A stretch of DNA of 64,000 bases from Candidatus Poribacteria bacterium. GTDB lineage: Bacteria > Poribacteria > WGA-4E > WGA-3G. Below are positions 55,971 to 64,000 of this stretch, piece by piece. The notes below the pieces were generated by a model. It saw nothing but the letters and a program-made list of their open reading frames with translations, was not told where the DNA came from and searched no databases. The DNA is taken from contig CAXXLX010000001.1 of NCBI GenBank assembly GCA_963665235.2, positions 1,824,001 to 1,888,000 on the forward strand, given 5' to 3'. Position 1 is the stretch's first letter. Each line of letters begins with the position of its first letter. A program made the translations under genes and the position numbers.

Positions 55971-56505
55971 GTATTTCCTCGTCTTTTGAATAGAGTGTAA
56001 ATCGATTATTTTCCATGTTTACGGTTTCAAGTGTTGGATTGGCCACCATTTCGGTGCCATACCATGTAGAATTACCCCGGACGATTTTAACCTCATTCGG
56101 CGCGTAGAGCGTGCCTTTCTTGTTCTGCCAGAAGAGCTCTTCAGTATAGAGCGTTCCGTTTTCGCTGATTCCGACCACATCTTCCCGTAGATGTAAATTG
56201 TCCTTCTCTTTACCCCGGAGAAAATGCTGTCCTCTTTTACTGGTCAACGTTATAGCGACCTGTCCCTCTTCAAAAATTTGGACCTTTGGATTCTGAACGG
56301 TGACCTTATCCCTACTGACATCCGATTCTTCGCCAATGATGGTTAAAACCTCACCGACAAGCGTCCACTTGAGGACACCTGCCTCGGTGTGTTGCATGGC
56401 GAACTGTTCCAGCTGCTGTGTCGGCTCAGGGTCAACCGGTTGCTGGCCGTTTTCCTCCTGGCGGCATGCTGTGAACGCTAGGAGTAGGAACAGATTCAGC
56501 ACCAC
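55963..56505 (-). CDS. lptC: LPS export protein LptC (start uncertain)
   Basis: LAFTAC lipobox-like segment, LYTEELFW, synteny with lptA and lptB. Confidence 0.75.
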   Translation of the reverse strand: MVLNLFLLLAFTACRQEENGQQPVDPEPTQQLEQFAMQHTEAGVLKWTLVGEVLTIIGEESDVSRDKVTVQNPKVQIFEEGQVAITLTSKRGQHFLRGKEKDNLHLREDVVGISENGTLYTEELFWQNKKGTLYAPNEVKIVRGNSTWYGTEMVANPTLETVNMENNRFTLYSKDEEIHD

Positions 56506-56536
56506 TACGATGCAAAAATCTTTCCAACTTGTAGGC

Positions 56537-57430
56537 TTACAACACCTGCTTCCCCGACGATGGACGTGTTTTCCAACGTTGATGCATCCAAATCCACTGC
56601 TCCGGATATTGTCGGATGTAGGATTCAATAATTTTTGTGAATTTCTGTGTATTGATAACAAGTTCTTTCTCTTTAGCCTCTGTCCGTTTCAACACTAACG
56701 GTGGTTCAATAATAACCCGATGCGAATTATCGGGTTGCCTTACCATAAAGGTCGGTAGTATTGCAGCACCTGTTTTGAGCGCGAAAGCAATCGGACTATA
56801 TGGCGTATAGGCCCGTCTACCGAAAAAATCAACAAAAACCCCGTTGACGGTCGTATCCACATCCGCGAGAATGCCGAGCAGTTCGTTGCGTTTTAAGCAC
56901 CGCAGTGCATGTCGTACCCCGGTATCCCGGTCGATGGTGACATATCCGCCCTTTTCTCGGTAACGTTGAACCAGGACGTTTAGCCGCGGGGAGCGTAACT
57001 CGCGTGCAATCGGGGACAGCGGGGCAACGGTCGCAGCGAGGCTTGCACCAAGGAGCTCCCAATTTCCGAAATGTGCTGTTAAAATAATTGCTCCTTTCCC
57101 TTGTGACAGCGCGTGCTCCACATGCTGAAGTCCCTCAAAGCTGACGTGCCTTTGAATCCGCTTTAGATTCAAGCGCGGATACTGCATAAACTCTACCGCA
57201 TTTTTGCCTAAATTTTCAAAACACCTTTTCGCTATCGCTTTAACCTGCCGGTCATCCGTCAGGTCCAAACTGCGCCGGAGGTGTTCACAAGCCAATCTGC
57301 GTTGCTGCGGTGCAACCCAGAATGCAAGGGTTCCCAACCACCGACCGATAGCTAAGGCTACCGAACGCGGGAGGTAAGATACACAAAAACCGAGCAGTTT
57401 GACTGCAAATTCATAAAACTGATCTTTCAT
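56537..57430 (-). CDS. Lipid A late acyltransferase family (LpxL/HtrB-like)
   Basis: TAHFGNWE, VDFFG, PEQWIWMHQRWK. Confidence 0.92.
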   Translation of the reverse strand: MKDQFYEFAVKLLGFCVSYLPRSVALAIGRWLGTLAFWVAPQQRRLACEHLRRSLDLTDDRQVKAIAKRCFENLGKNAVEFMQYPRLNLKRIQRHVSFEGLQHVEHALSQGKGAIILTAHFGNWELLGASLAATVAPLSPIARELRSPRLNVLVQRYREKGGYVTIDRDTGVRHALRCLKRNELLGILADVDTTVNGVFVDFFGRRAYTPYSPIAFALKTGAAILPTFMVRQPDNSHRVIIEPPLVLKRTEAKEKELVINTQKFTKIIESYIRQYPEQWIWMHQRWKTRPSSGKQVL

Positions 57431-57620
57431 TGTTTAAATAGTATACTAAATTTCTCGCGAAATTACAAAGAAAAATTGTGAAGTAAAAACAAATTCTGTA
57501 GGTCTTTTGATATTAGTTTATATTTTTACACAATTTCTTCATTTTTTTCAACAAATTCGGTTAAAACCTCTGAAATACGACTTGATTTTTCGTCGGAATT
57601 TCGGGTACACTTTAAACAGA

Positions 57621-58937
57621 ATGGACATCTCTATGCAAAACGCTGAGGGCATCAACAAACAAATCGTTCGGTTGGCTATTCCGAATATCATTAGCAACTT
57701 TTCTATCCCACTTCTTGGTGCAGTAGATACCGCTTTGATGGGCCACTTGGAGTCTGAGTTCTACTTAGGTGCGGTCGGTATCGGCGGTGTAATCTTCAGT
57801 TTTATCTACTGGGGATTTGGGTTTATTAGAATGGCGACAACAGGCTTGACTGCCCAAGCCTTCGGGAAAAACGATACTGCAGCATGCGGTCTCTTGCTCC
57901 AGAGAGGCATATCCATCGGTTTAATCGGGGGGCTCCTACTGTTTAGCGGCCAATGGTTTCTTGCCGATGTAAGTTTCATGCTTATTGAAACGAGTCCGGA
58001 GGTAGTAGAGCTCGCTCGTACCTATTTTCACATCCGCATCTACGCTGCCCCGGCGACACTCTGTCTACACGCCTTCCACGGCGTTTTTTTAGGATTACAG
58101 AACGCCCATTATCCGATGGTGTTGACACTTATCGTCAATCTCATCAACATTGTCCTGAACCTATTATTTGTGAACCTGCTTGGCATGAAGGTAGAGGGAG
58201 TCGCCTTCGCAACCGTCATCGCGCAATATGTCGGTCTCTTTTTGGCAGGTGTGCTCTTTTTGACGCGCTATCGGCACCTCCTAACAACCTGGGATTTCCG
58301 AAAAATCCTCGCGTTCTCTAAACTGAAGCGATTCCTCGGCATCAGCAGTGATATTTTCATCCGGACCCTTTGCTTGGTATTTAGCCATGCCTATTTCACA
58401 GCAAAATCTGCTGCCTTGAGTGATAGCTTTTTGGCAATTAACACTATTCTGCTCCAGTATATTAATCTGTTATCTTACGCGATTGATGGGTTCGCTTTTG
58501 CAGCCGAGAGCATGGTGGGCAAATACAAAGGGGCAGGTGACATGTCCAATTTGAAGCGGACAGTACGTCATATTTTTATGTCAGCGTTCCTATTCAGCTG
58601 CATGTTGACGTTGATTTTTAGCGTTTTTAGTGAGGAATTGTTCAATATTTTCACCAATCAGGTCAATCTTATTCAGGAAGTTGAACCGTATTTTATTTGG
58701 ATAATCGTCGCGCCTATTGTCAACGTTGCTGCCTACATTTGGGATGGGATTTATCTTGGCGCGACCGCCTCAAAACCGTTGCGAAATGCTATGATTGTTT
58801 CAATGGTGTTCTTTTTAGGGGCCGTCTATCTGCTAATGCCTTTTGGCAACCATGGACTTTGGGGCGCGTTGACACTCTTGTTGGTAGCGCGTGGCGTATC
58901 GCTCACGTTGTTGGCACCGAAGCATTTGTATTCCTAA
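57621..58937 (+). CDS. MATE family efflux transporter (DinF-like)
   Basis: LAIPNIISN.SIPLLG.VDTA, FIRMATTGLTAQA, DGFAFAAE, DGIYLGAT. Confidence 0.93.
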   Translation: MDISMQNAEGINKQIVRLAIPNIISNFSIPLLGAVDTALMGHLESEFYLGAVGIGGVIFSFIYWGFGFIRMATTGLTAQAFGKNDTAACGLLLQRGISIGLIGGLLLFSGQWFLADVSFMLIETSPEVVELARTYFHIRIYAAPATLCLHAFHGVFLGLQNAHYPMVLTLIVNLINIVLNLLFVNLLGMKVEGVAFATVIAQYVGLFLAGVLFLTRYRHLLTTWDFRKILAFSKLKRFLGISSDIFIRTLCLVFSHAYFTAKSAALSDSFLAINTILLQYINLLSYAIDGFAFAAESMVGKYKGAGDMSNLKRTVRHIFMSAFLFSCMLTLIFSVFSEELFNIFTNQVNLIQEVEPYFIWIIVAPIVNVAAYIWDGIYLGATASKPLRNAMIVSMVFFLGAVYLLMPFGNHGLWGALTLLLVARGVSLTLLAPKHLYS

Positions 58938-58993
58938 GCACGGGACGAGCGGTACCCATTCGAGCCGATTATGTGGATAGTTTTAAAAATATT

Positions 58994-59022
58994 TTGACAT
59001 TTTCAAGAAATTTTGGTATGCT
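58994..59022 (+). promoter_or_regulatory. Sigma70 promoter
   Basis: TTGACA-N17-TATGCT. Confidence 0.65.
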
Positions 59023-59085
59023 AGAGTCATGCAAACGAAAAACAGTTACGAATCGTAAGAAATTTACTAGGAACAATCAAAAGTC

Positions 59086-59991
59086 ATGAAACAAGCTTTC
59101 TTATTTTTAGCATTATCTGTGTTGATGAGCACAATTGCTATCTTCAAAATCGCAACGCTGCATGCAGATACGGCGAAAACGGCGGATACAACAGCTGCTG
59201 CAGCACCGAACACACAAACCCCCTTTGCTGAAGGATGTAACAAGTGTCATGCAGATGAACCTGCGTCCAAAGAGTGGAAGCAAGCGGGACACTCACATGC
59301 CCTTGTTAATCTCCTCAAGGGGCCCTATGAGGTGCGCCGCTCCTGTCTAAGTTGCCACTCCTCTGGGTATGAAATTTTCAGTGAGCGGGGGTATCCAGGG
59401 CATACCTATAACGAAAAGACAGCGGTAAATGCAGTCGCGTGCTCTTCATGCCATTCGCATAATAGTAAAGAGGAACATCTGTTGGTAAAACCGGTGAAGA
59501 AATTATGTGTCAGCTGCCATAAAATGGATTGCGGTTGTGCCGGGGCGGGTATCGTCCATCAGTCACAATCGGAGATGTTTTTAGGACGTGAGGGTGCGGG
59601 TGTCAAACGGATGCCCTCGCCGCATGTGCGGGCAATGAAGAAGCGGTGCGTCCATTGTCACATGGCAAAAGATGACCCGAAAGCTGTAGTAAAACATGGC
59701 GGGCATACGTTCGCTGCAGATTTTTCGACGTGTAGCAACGCGGGCTGCCACGATAGTGCGGACAACGATATGAAAATAAAACTGCCGCTGTATCGCACCG
59801 AAATTGAGGCAAAGATGAAGGCTGTCAAAACGATGCTGGACGGTGTCGAAGACAAAACCTCACAAGCCTACAAAGACGCGAAGCTCAACTACGATATGGT
59901 GAAAGGCGATAGCGGCTATGGGTTACACAATATCCCGTACGCTCACGCCTTATTGGACTACAGCCTCTCCCTTAAGTCGGTGCTAAAATAG
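59086..59991 (+). CDS. Periplasmic multiheme cytochrome c
   Basis: Signal peptide; CNKCH, CLSCH, CSSCH, CVSCH, CVHCH plus CSNAGCH; D.SYGLHN tail. Confidence 0.9.
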   Translation: MKQAFLFLALSVLMSTIAIFKIATLHADTAKTADTTAAAAPNTQTPFAEGCNKCHADEPASKEWKQAGHSHALVNLLKGPYEVRRSCLSCHSSGYEIFSERGYPGHTYNEKTAVNAVACSSCHSHNSKEEHLLVKPVKKLCVSCHKMDCGCAGAGIVHQSQSEMFLGREGAGVKRMPSPHVRAMKKRCVHCHMAKDDPKAVVKHGGHTFAADFSTCSNAGCHDSADNDMKIKLPLYRTEIEAKMKAVKTMLDGVEDKTSQAYKDAKLNYDMVKGDSGYGLHNIPYAHALLDYSLSLKSVLK

Positions 59992-60017
59992 GCGCGCGCC
60001 AACGTTAGGCACGCGCT

Positions 60018-60854
60018 TTAATTCGCTGCAGGCAATGCCGTTTTTAAGGGCACATCCTTATCTTGCGGAATATAATAGCTCAACGGGTCGTCGACGACCC
60101 CGATTAGCTGCTTCTGAATCGGGTTGCATTTGGCGACCAGTTCGTCGGGCATCATGATATAATCCATCGGTTTGACCCAGCGGTAGGCATATCCCATAAA
60201 AATAGTTTTGCGTGGATAGCCGACCCAGTTATGCCCGATACCGTGCCACGTCCGTTGTTCAAAGAGAAATGCATCGCCTGCGTTGACGTTCATAGAGATT
60301 GCCCCGCGTGCCCAACCTGTTTCCGGTTCAACGGCGGGCCTGCCAGTCAAGCGGTTGCTGCCTGGGACAAGCACCGTCGCACCCGATGCGGGGTCAGATT
60401 GGTCGCTGATAGCGTAAGCTATCTTGAGCAGAATGCGCGGATGCGGCTCCTGCATTTCACGATAGGAGGTACCGCCATCACGATGAAGCCCGATGCGCGT
60501 CTTGACATCCGCCGCCGGCTCCGCTTTAGAAGGAAGTACAATTAGATGTGATGTAATCATCTGAACGTTCCAATTCAGTACGCCACACGCAAGCGGTACT
60601 GTGTTGTGCCAGTCAAGCAGTTGAAGAAAGGCTTCGTGATGTGTAATGCAGTTGCGTAGGTTTAACTTACCGCCTGCCTCCAGATTGCCCGCTGCCTCTT
60701 GTTCGGCGTACACTTCATCAACTGCAGCATCGATTTCTGATACGACATCCGGGGGCAACGCATTTTTGATTAGCAGATAACCGTTGTTGTCAACGAACTG
60801 CTTTTGCTCAGGCGTAAGGACTATTGCCTCTGACAAATCGGTTTTTGTATCCAT
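60018..60854 (-). CDS. Phytanoyl-CoA dioxygenase (PhyH) family protein
   Basis: NGYLLIKNAL, LHRD (HxD), VPGS, AGDAFLF..RTWH. Confidence 0.9.
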   Translation of the reverse strand: MDTKTDLSEAIVLTPEQKQFVDNNGYLLIKNALPPDVVSEIDAAVDEVYAEQEAAGNLEAGGKLNLRNCITHHEAFLQLLDWHNTVPLACGVLNWNVQMITSHLIVLPSKAEPAADVKTRIGLHRDGGTSYREMQEPHPRILLKIAYAISDQSDPASGATVLVPGSNRLTGRPAVEPETGWARGAISMNVNAGDAFLFEQRTWHGIGHNWVGYPRKTIFMGYAYRWVKPMDYIMMPDELVAKCNPIQKQLIGVVDDPLSYYIPQDKDVPLKTALPAAN

Positions 60855-61000
60855 GTTTGTTTTCATCCTTTTTTTAGATATGTGCAAAATTCACACTTAT
60901 GCTATTCCATTAAACGTGTTTTCGTTTAAAAGTATACAACCATTCGCAGAAAATTTCAAGAAAATTGAGCAGCCCCCCACGTGTAAGGTGATGCACAGAA

Positions 61001-62959
61001 TTGAGGCAAGATATTTCAGAGCAAACTTCACGGCAATCAGCAGGCCGACACAAGCTCCGCCATAACGAACGCATGCAACAAAACTTCGGAGCGACATGGC
61101 GTGCCATTTTAATCGGTACGCTCCTGACTATTCCCAACGTCTATTGGATTTTAGATTCAGCAGGACAAGGGTACCCGACAACAATTTCGCTCTACTTTAA
61201 CGTCATTTTCTGCATCTTTCTCCTGACAGGCGCGAATCTGGCGTTGACCCGGGTTATGCCCCGAATCGCATTCCAGCAGGGGGAGTTGCTGACGATTTAC
61301 GTCATGCTTGCCATCGCCTCATCCTTAGCAGGACACGATGTCCTTCGCGTCCTAATCCCCATGATTCCCTACGCCTTCTGGTACGCCACGCCTGAAAATG
61401 ATTGGGCGGACCTATTTCATCGCTACATTCCGGATTGGATAGCTGTCAAAGACCGGACGTTTTTAACCGAATATTACCGCGGCGAAGCCAGTCTATATCG
61501 TTGGGAAATCATTGATGGATGGCTTACCACCACCCTAACCTGGGGCGGTTTTTTATGCATGCTCGTGCTCGTGATGGTTTTTATCAATAGTCTTGTACGC
61601 AAACAGTGGACCGAACATGAAAAGCTGAGCTACCCCATCATTCAGCTACCGCTTGAATTGACAGGCACCGGTAGGACAAACCTGCTGACAAGCAAGATGA
61701 TGTGGCTCGGTTTCGGCATAGCCGGTGCGATTGACATTCTCAACGGATTGCACTATCTCTACCCGACTGTCCCCAGCTTGGGCGGCCGCCTCTACGATTT
61801 ACGACCGTTCTTTACCCAAAAACCGTGGAGTGCAATCGGTTGGACTCCGATGGCAGTGTTTCCGTTCGCGGTCGGTATGGCGTTTTTTATTCCGCTTGAC
61901 TTGTCATTTTCCTGTTGGTTTTTTTATCTTTTTTGGAAGGCAGAACGTATCTTCGGCGATGCTTTGGGGATTAGGGGCATGCCGAACTTTCCGTTCACCG
62001 ATGAACAATCGTTTGGCGCGTACATCGGGCTCTTTGTTATCGCTGTTGTTGCCACCCGCAAACATCTTGCACAAGTCGGACGCAAAATCTTTAAAAACGA
62101 TGCTCGTATTGACGATTCTGACGAACCGCTCTCCTATCGCGGCATGGTCCTCTGCCTCATCATCAGCCTGATGGCACTCATTATTTTTTGCAACGTTGCG
62201 GGAATGTCTGTGTGGGTAATCCTCGTTTTCTTTGGCATTTACTACGCAATTTCCACCGCTGTAACCCGAATGCGTGCCGAACTCGGCTCCCCAGTACACG
62301 ATTTGCATTTCATCGGTCCGGATGAGATGATGCCGCGCATATTTGGCACCCGCCTGCTCGGCCCACGAAACTTAACGATGTTTGCATACCTCTTCTCCTT
62401 CAATCGGGCCTATCGTGGGCATCCGATGCCGCATATCCTTGAGGGTTTTAAACTTGCCGAACGGACCCGCATTTCCAATCGTAGGCTGCTCATCGCTATG
62501 TGTATTGCAATTGGTGTCGGCACATTTGCCTCGTTTTGGGCGTTTTATCACATCTCCTACATTGAAGGCGCGCGCGATTGGTTCGCTGGCAGACCTTTCA
62601 ACCGCCTCCAAGGCTGGCTATCTTCGCCCAGGGTGCCGGATGTGCCAGCCACTGTCGCTATGTGTGTCGGGTTTCTGATTACAGGCTTCTTAATGCTTAT
62701 GCGGATACGACTGTTTTGGTGGCCCTTTCACCCCGCAGGGTTCGCTATCTCCAGCAGCTGGTCAATGAACGTGTTTTGGTTTTCAATCTTCGTCAGTTCT
62801 GTCATCAAGTGGATTATTCTGAGGCACGGCGGGATGAATCTGCACCGCAAGCTCATCCCGTTTTTCCTCGGCTTAATTTTAGGGGAGTTTATTGTCGGGG
62901 GTGTCTGGAGTCTTATCGGAATTACGTTGAATCAACCGATGTATCGTTTCCTGTTTTAG
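61001..62959 (+). CDS. Multi-pass membrane protein (DUF6785/DUF6784-like)
   Basis: Paralog of 37061..38989 (ELLTIY, W.EHEKLSYPIIQLP, RMRAELG, WWPFHPAG). Confidence 0.75.
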   Translation: MRQDISEQTSRQSAGRHKLRHNERMQQNFGATWRAILIGTLLTIPNVYWILDSAGQGYPTTISLYFNVIFCIFLLTGANLALTRVMPRIAFQQGELLTIYVMLAIASSLAGHDVLRVLIPMIPYAFWYATPENDWADLFHRYIPDWIAVKDRTFLTEYYRGEASLYRWEIIDGWLTTTLTWGGFLCMLVLVMVFINSLVRKQWTEHEKLSYPIIQLPLELTGTGRTNLLTSKMMWLGFGIAGAIDILNGLHYLYPTVPSLGGRLYDLRPFFTQKPWSAIGWTPMAVFPFAVGMAFFIPLDLSFSCWFFYLFWKAERIFGDALGIRGMPNFPFTDEQSFGAYIGLFVIAVVATRKHLAQVGRKIFKNDARIDDSDEPLSYRGMVLCLIISLMALIIFCNVAGMSVWVILVFFGIYYAISTAVTRMRAELGSPVHDLHFIGPDEMMPRIFGTRLLGPRNLTMFAYLFSFNRAYRGHPMPHILEGFKLAERTRISNRRLLIAMCIAIGVGTFASFWAFYHISYIEGARDWFAGRPFNRLQGWLSSPRVPDVPATVAMCVGFLITGFLMLMRIRLFWWPFHPAGFAISSSWSMNVFWFSIFVSSVIKWIILRHGGMNLHRKLIPFFLGLILGEFIVGGVWSLIGITLNQPMYRFLF

Positions 62960-63010
62960 TTTGTGCTATAATTTTTTCAACATATTAACCTCACAATAAG
63001 GACTTTAATC

Positions 63011-64000
63011 ATGAAATACTGCATTATGTTCACGCTACCGCTTATATTGAGCCTCTGCGTCACCGCGGGGGAGTACGATAACGACCCGATTCAAACCCTA
63101 CTGCCTTTTGATGCTATTCCGGCTATTCTAAAACCGCAATTTGTGCCTGCTAGCGAGGCGAAATTAGATGCAGATACATCTGTTATTGGGGTGACTTTCA
63201 ATGGCGAAAGCCACGCCTATTCACGCTATCTGCTGAACGGACACGAAATCGTCAACGATGTTGTCGGCGGTGAAAAAATCGCCACTACTTGGTGACCGCT
63301 CTGTAGAACGGCTATCGTGTATAGTCGAGCACTTGAGGGTAAAACCTATACGTTCGGGGTTAGCGGTAAATTGTGGCGAGATGCACTCTTGATGTACGAC
63401 CACCAAACCCGTTCGCTCTGGTCCCATATTACTGGAGAAGCGATACGGGGACCGCTAAAAGGCAAACGTTTGAAACCGCTCGCCTCCATGCCCGAAATTG
63501 CTTGGAAAACCTGGCGGACAAATTATCCGAAGACAAAAGTGCTTTCAGTTCCGTTTCGCGGGGGCATGCGCGAAAGCCTCAAGCAGGACGTATATTCAGA
63601 GTATCACGCCAGCCAAGACACGGGTGTCAGTGGAATGGAATACACCGATAACAGACTGCCCAACAAATCACTCGTTATCGGCGTTCAGGTTACGGATAAA
63701 AATGGGGAGAAACATGCACGCGCCTATCCGCTTACACAATTTACGGAAAACACTGTCATCAACGGGACAGTGAACGGGGTGCCGTTGTTAGTTTTTCACG
63801 ACAAAGATTCTTATGCAACGGCTGTTTTTAAACGTACAGTTGACGATAGCATAGAAACCTTTGCACCTAAGTCGGGTTATTTTGTCCAAGACGGGACGGG
63901 GACGCAGTGGAATCTCATTACAGGTGCGGCAACATCGGGGAAAAACAGCGGTAAACGTCTAGAACGGTTACCAGCAGTCAATATCTATTGGTTCGCTTGG
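63011..64000 (+). CDS. DUF3179 family selenoprotein (UxxC), truncated by window end
   Basis: DAIPAI..P.F, HEIVNDVVGG, TW-TGA-PLC, FGVSGKL, MYDHQTRSLWS; frame open to YWFAW at the window end. Confidence 0.88.
63309..63327 (+). promoter_or_regulatory. Candidate SECIS hairpin
   Basis: CGGCUAU-CGUGU-AUAGUCG starting 13 nt after the UGA at 63293-63295. Confidence 0.6.

Overview
Bacterial chromosomal segment, probably from Candidatus Poribacteria. The assignment is inferred from protein motifs I recall as typical of that lineage (WD40 protein with LPEVAKARLGKG, dockerin-like DINKDGVVNIQDLVLV, C-terminal VTPRDKKKVTWGTQK tail, PhyH, sulfatase, two paralogous DUF6785-like membrane proteins). About 45 CDSs and two tRNAs (Thr-CGT, Phe-GAA) are present, including nadB, valS and an acyltransferase-lptC-lptA-lptB-rpoN-hpf cluster. 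Main observations: (1) two selenoproteins missed by the ORF track, a secreted probable outer-membrane protein with a double-UGA UxxU motif (1186-2292) and a DUF3179 protein with UxxC (63011->64000), each followed by a SECIS-like hairpin; (2) an intact IsrB plus omega-RNA element inserted directly before the ATGA start of a TPR gene, with a second remnant before valS; (3) an orphan enzyme cluster (halogenase-type flavoenzyme, CoA ligase, HemN-like radical SAM, PQQ-type propeller, Fe-ADH, sulfatase); (4) many nested MITEs carrying REP-like tandem arrays, including an IS630 inside a REP array inside a MITE inside an Rpn nuclease gene whose internal C-terminal ORF is intact; (5) a PHM/DBH-type copper monooxygenase and an RpoN with a ~95-aa insertion. 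Three single-base frameshifts (WD40 gene, hpf, valS start) may be sequence errors.
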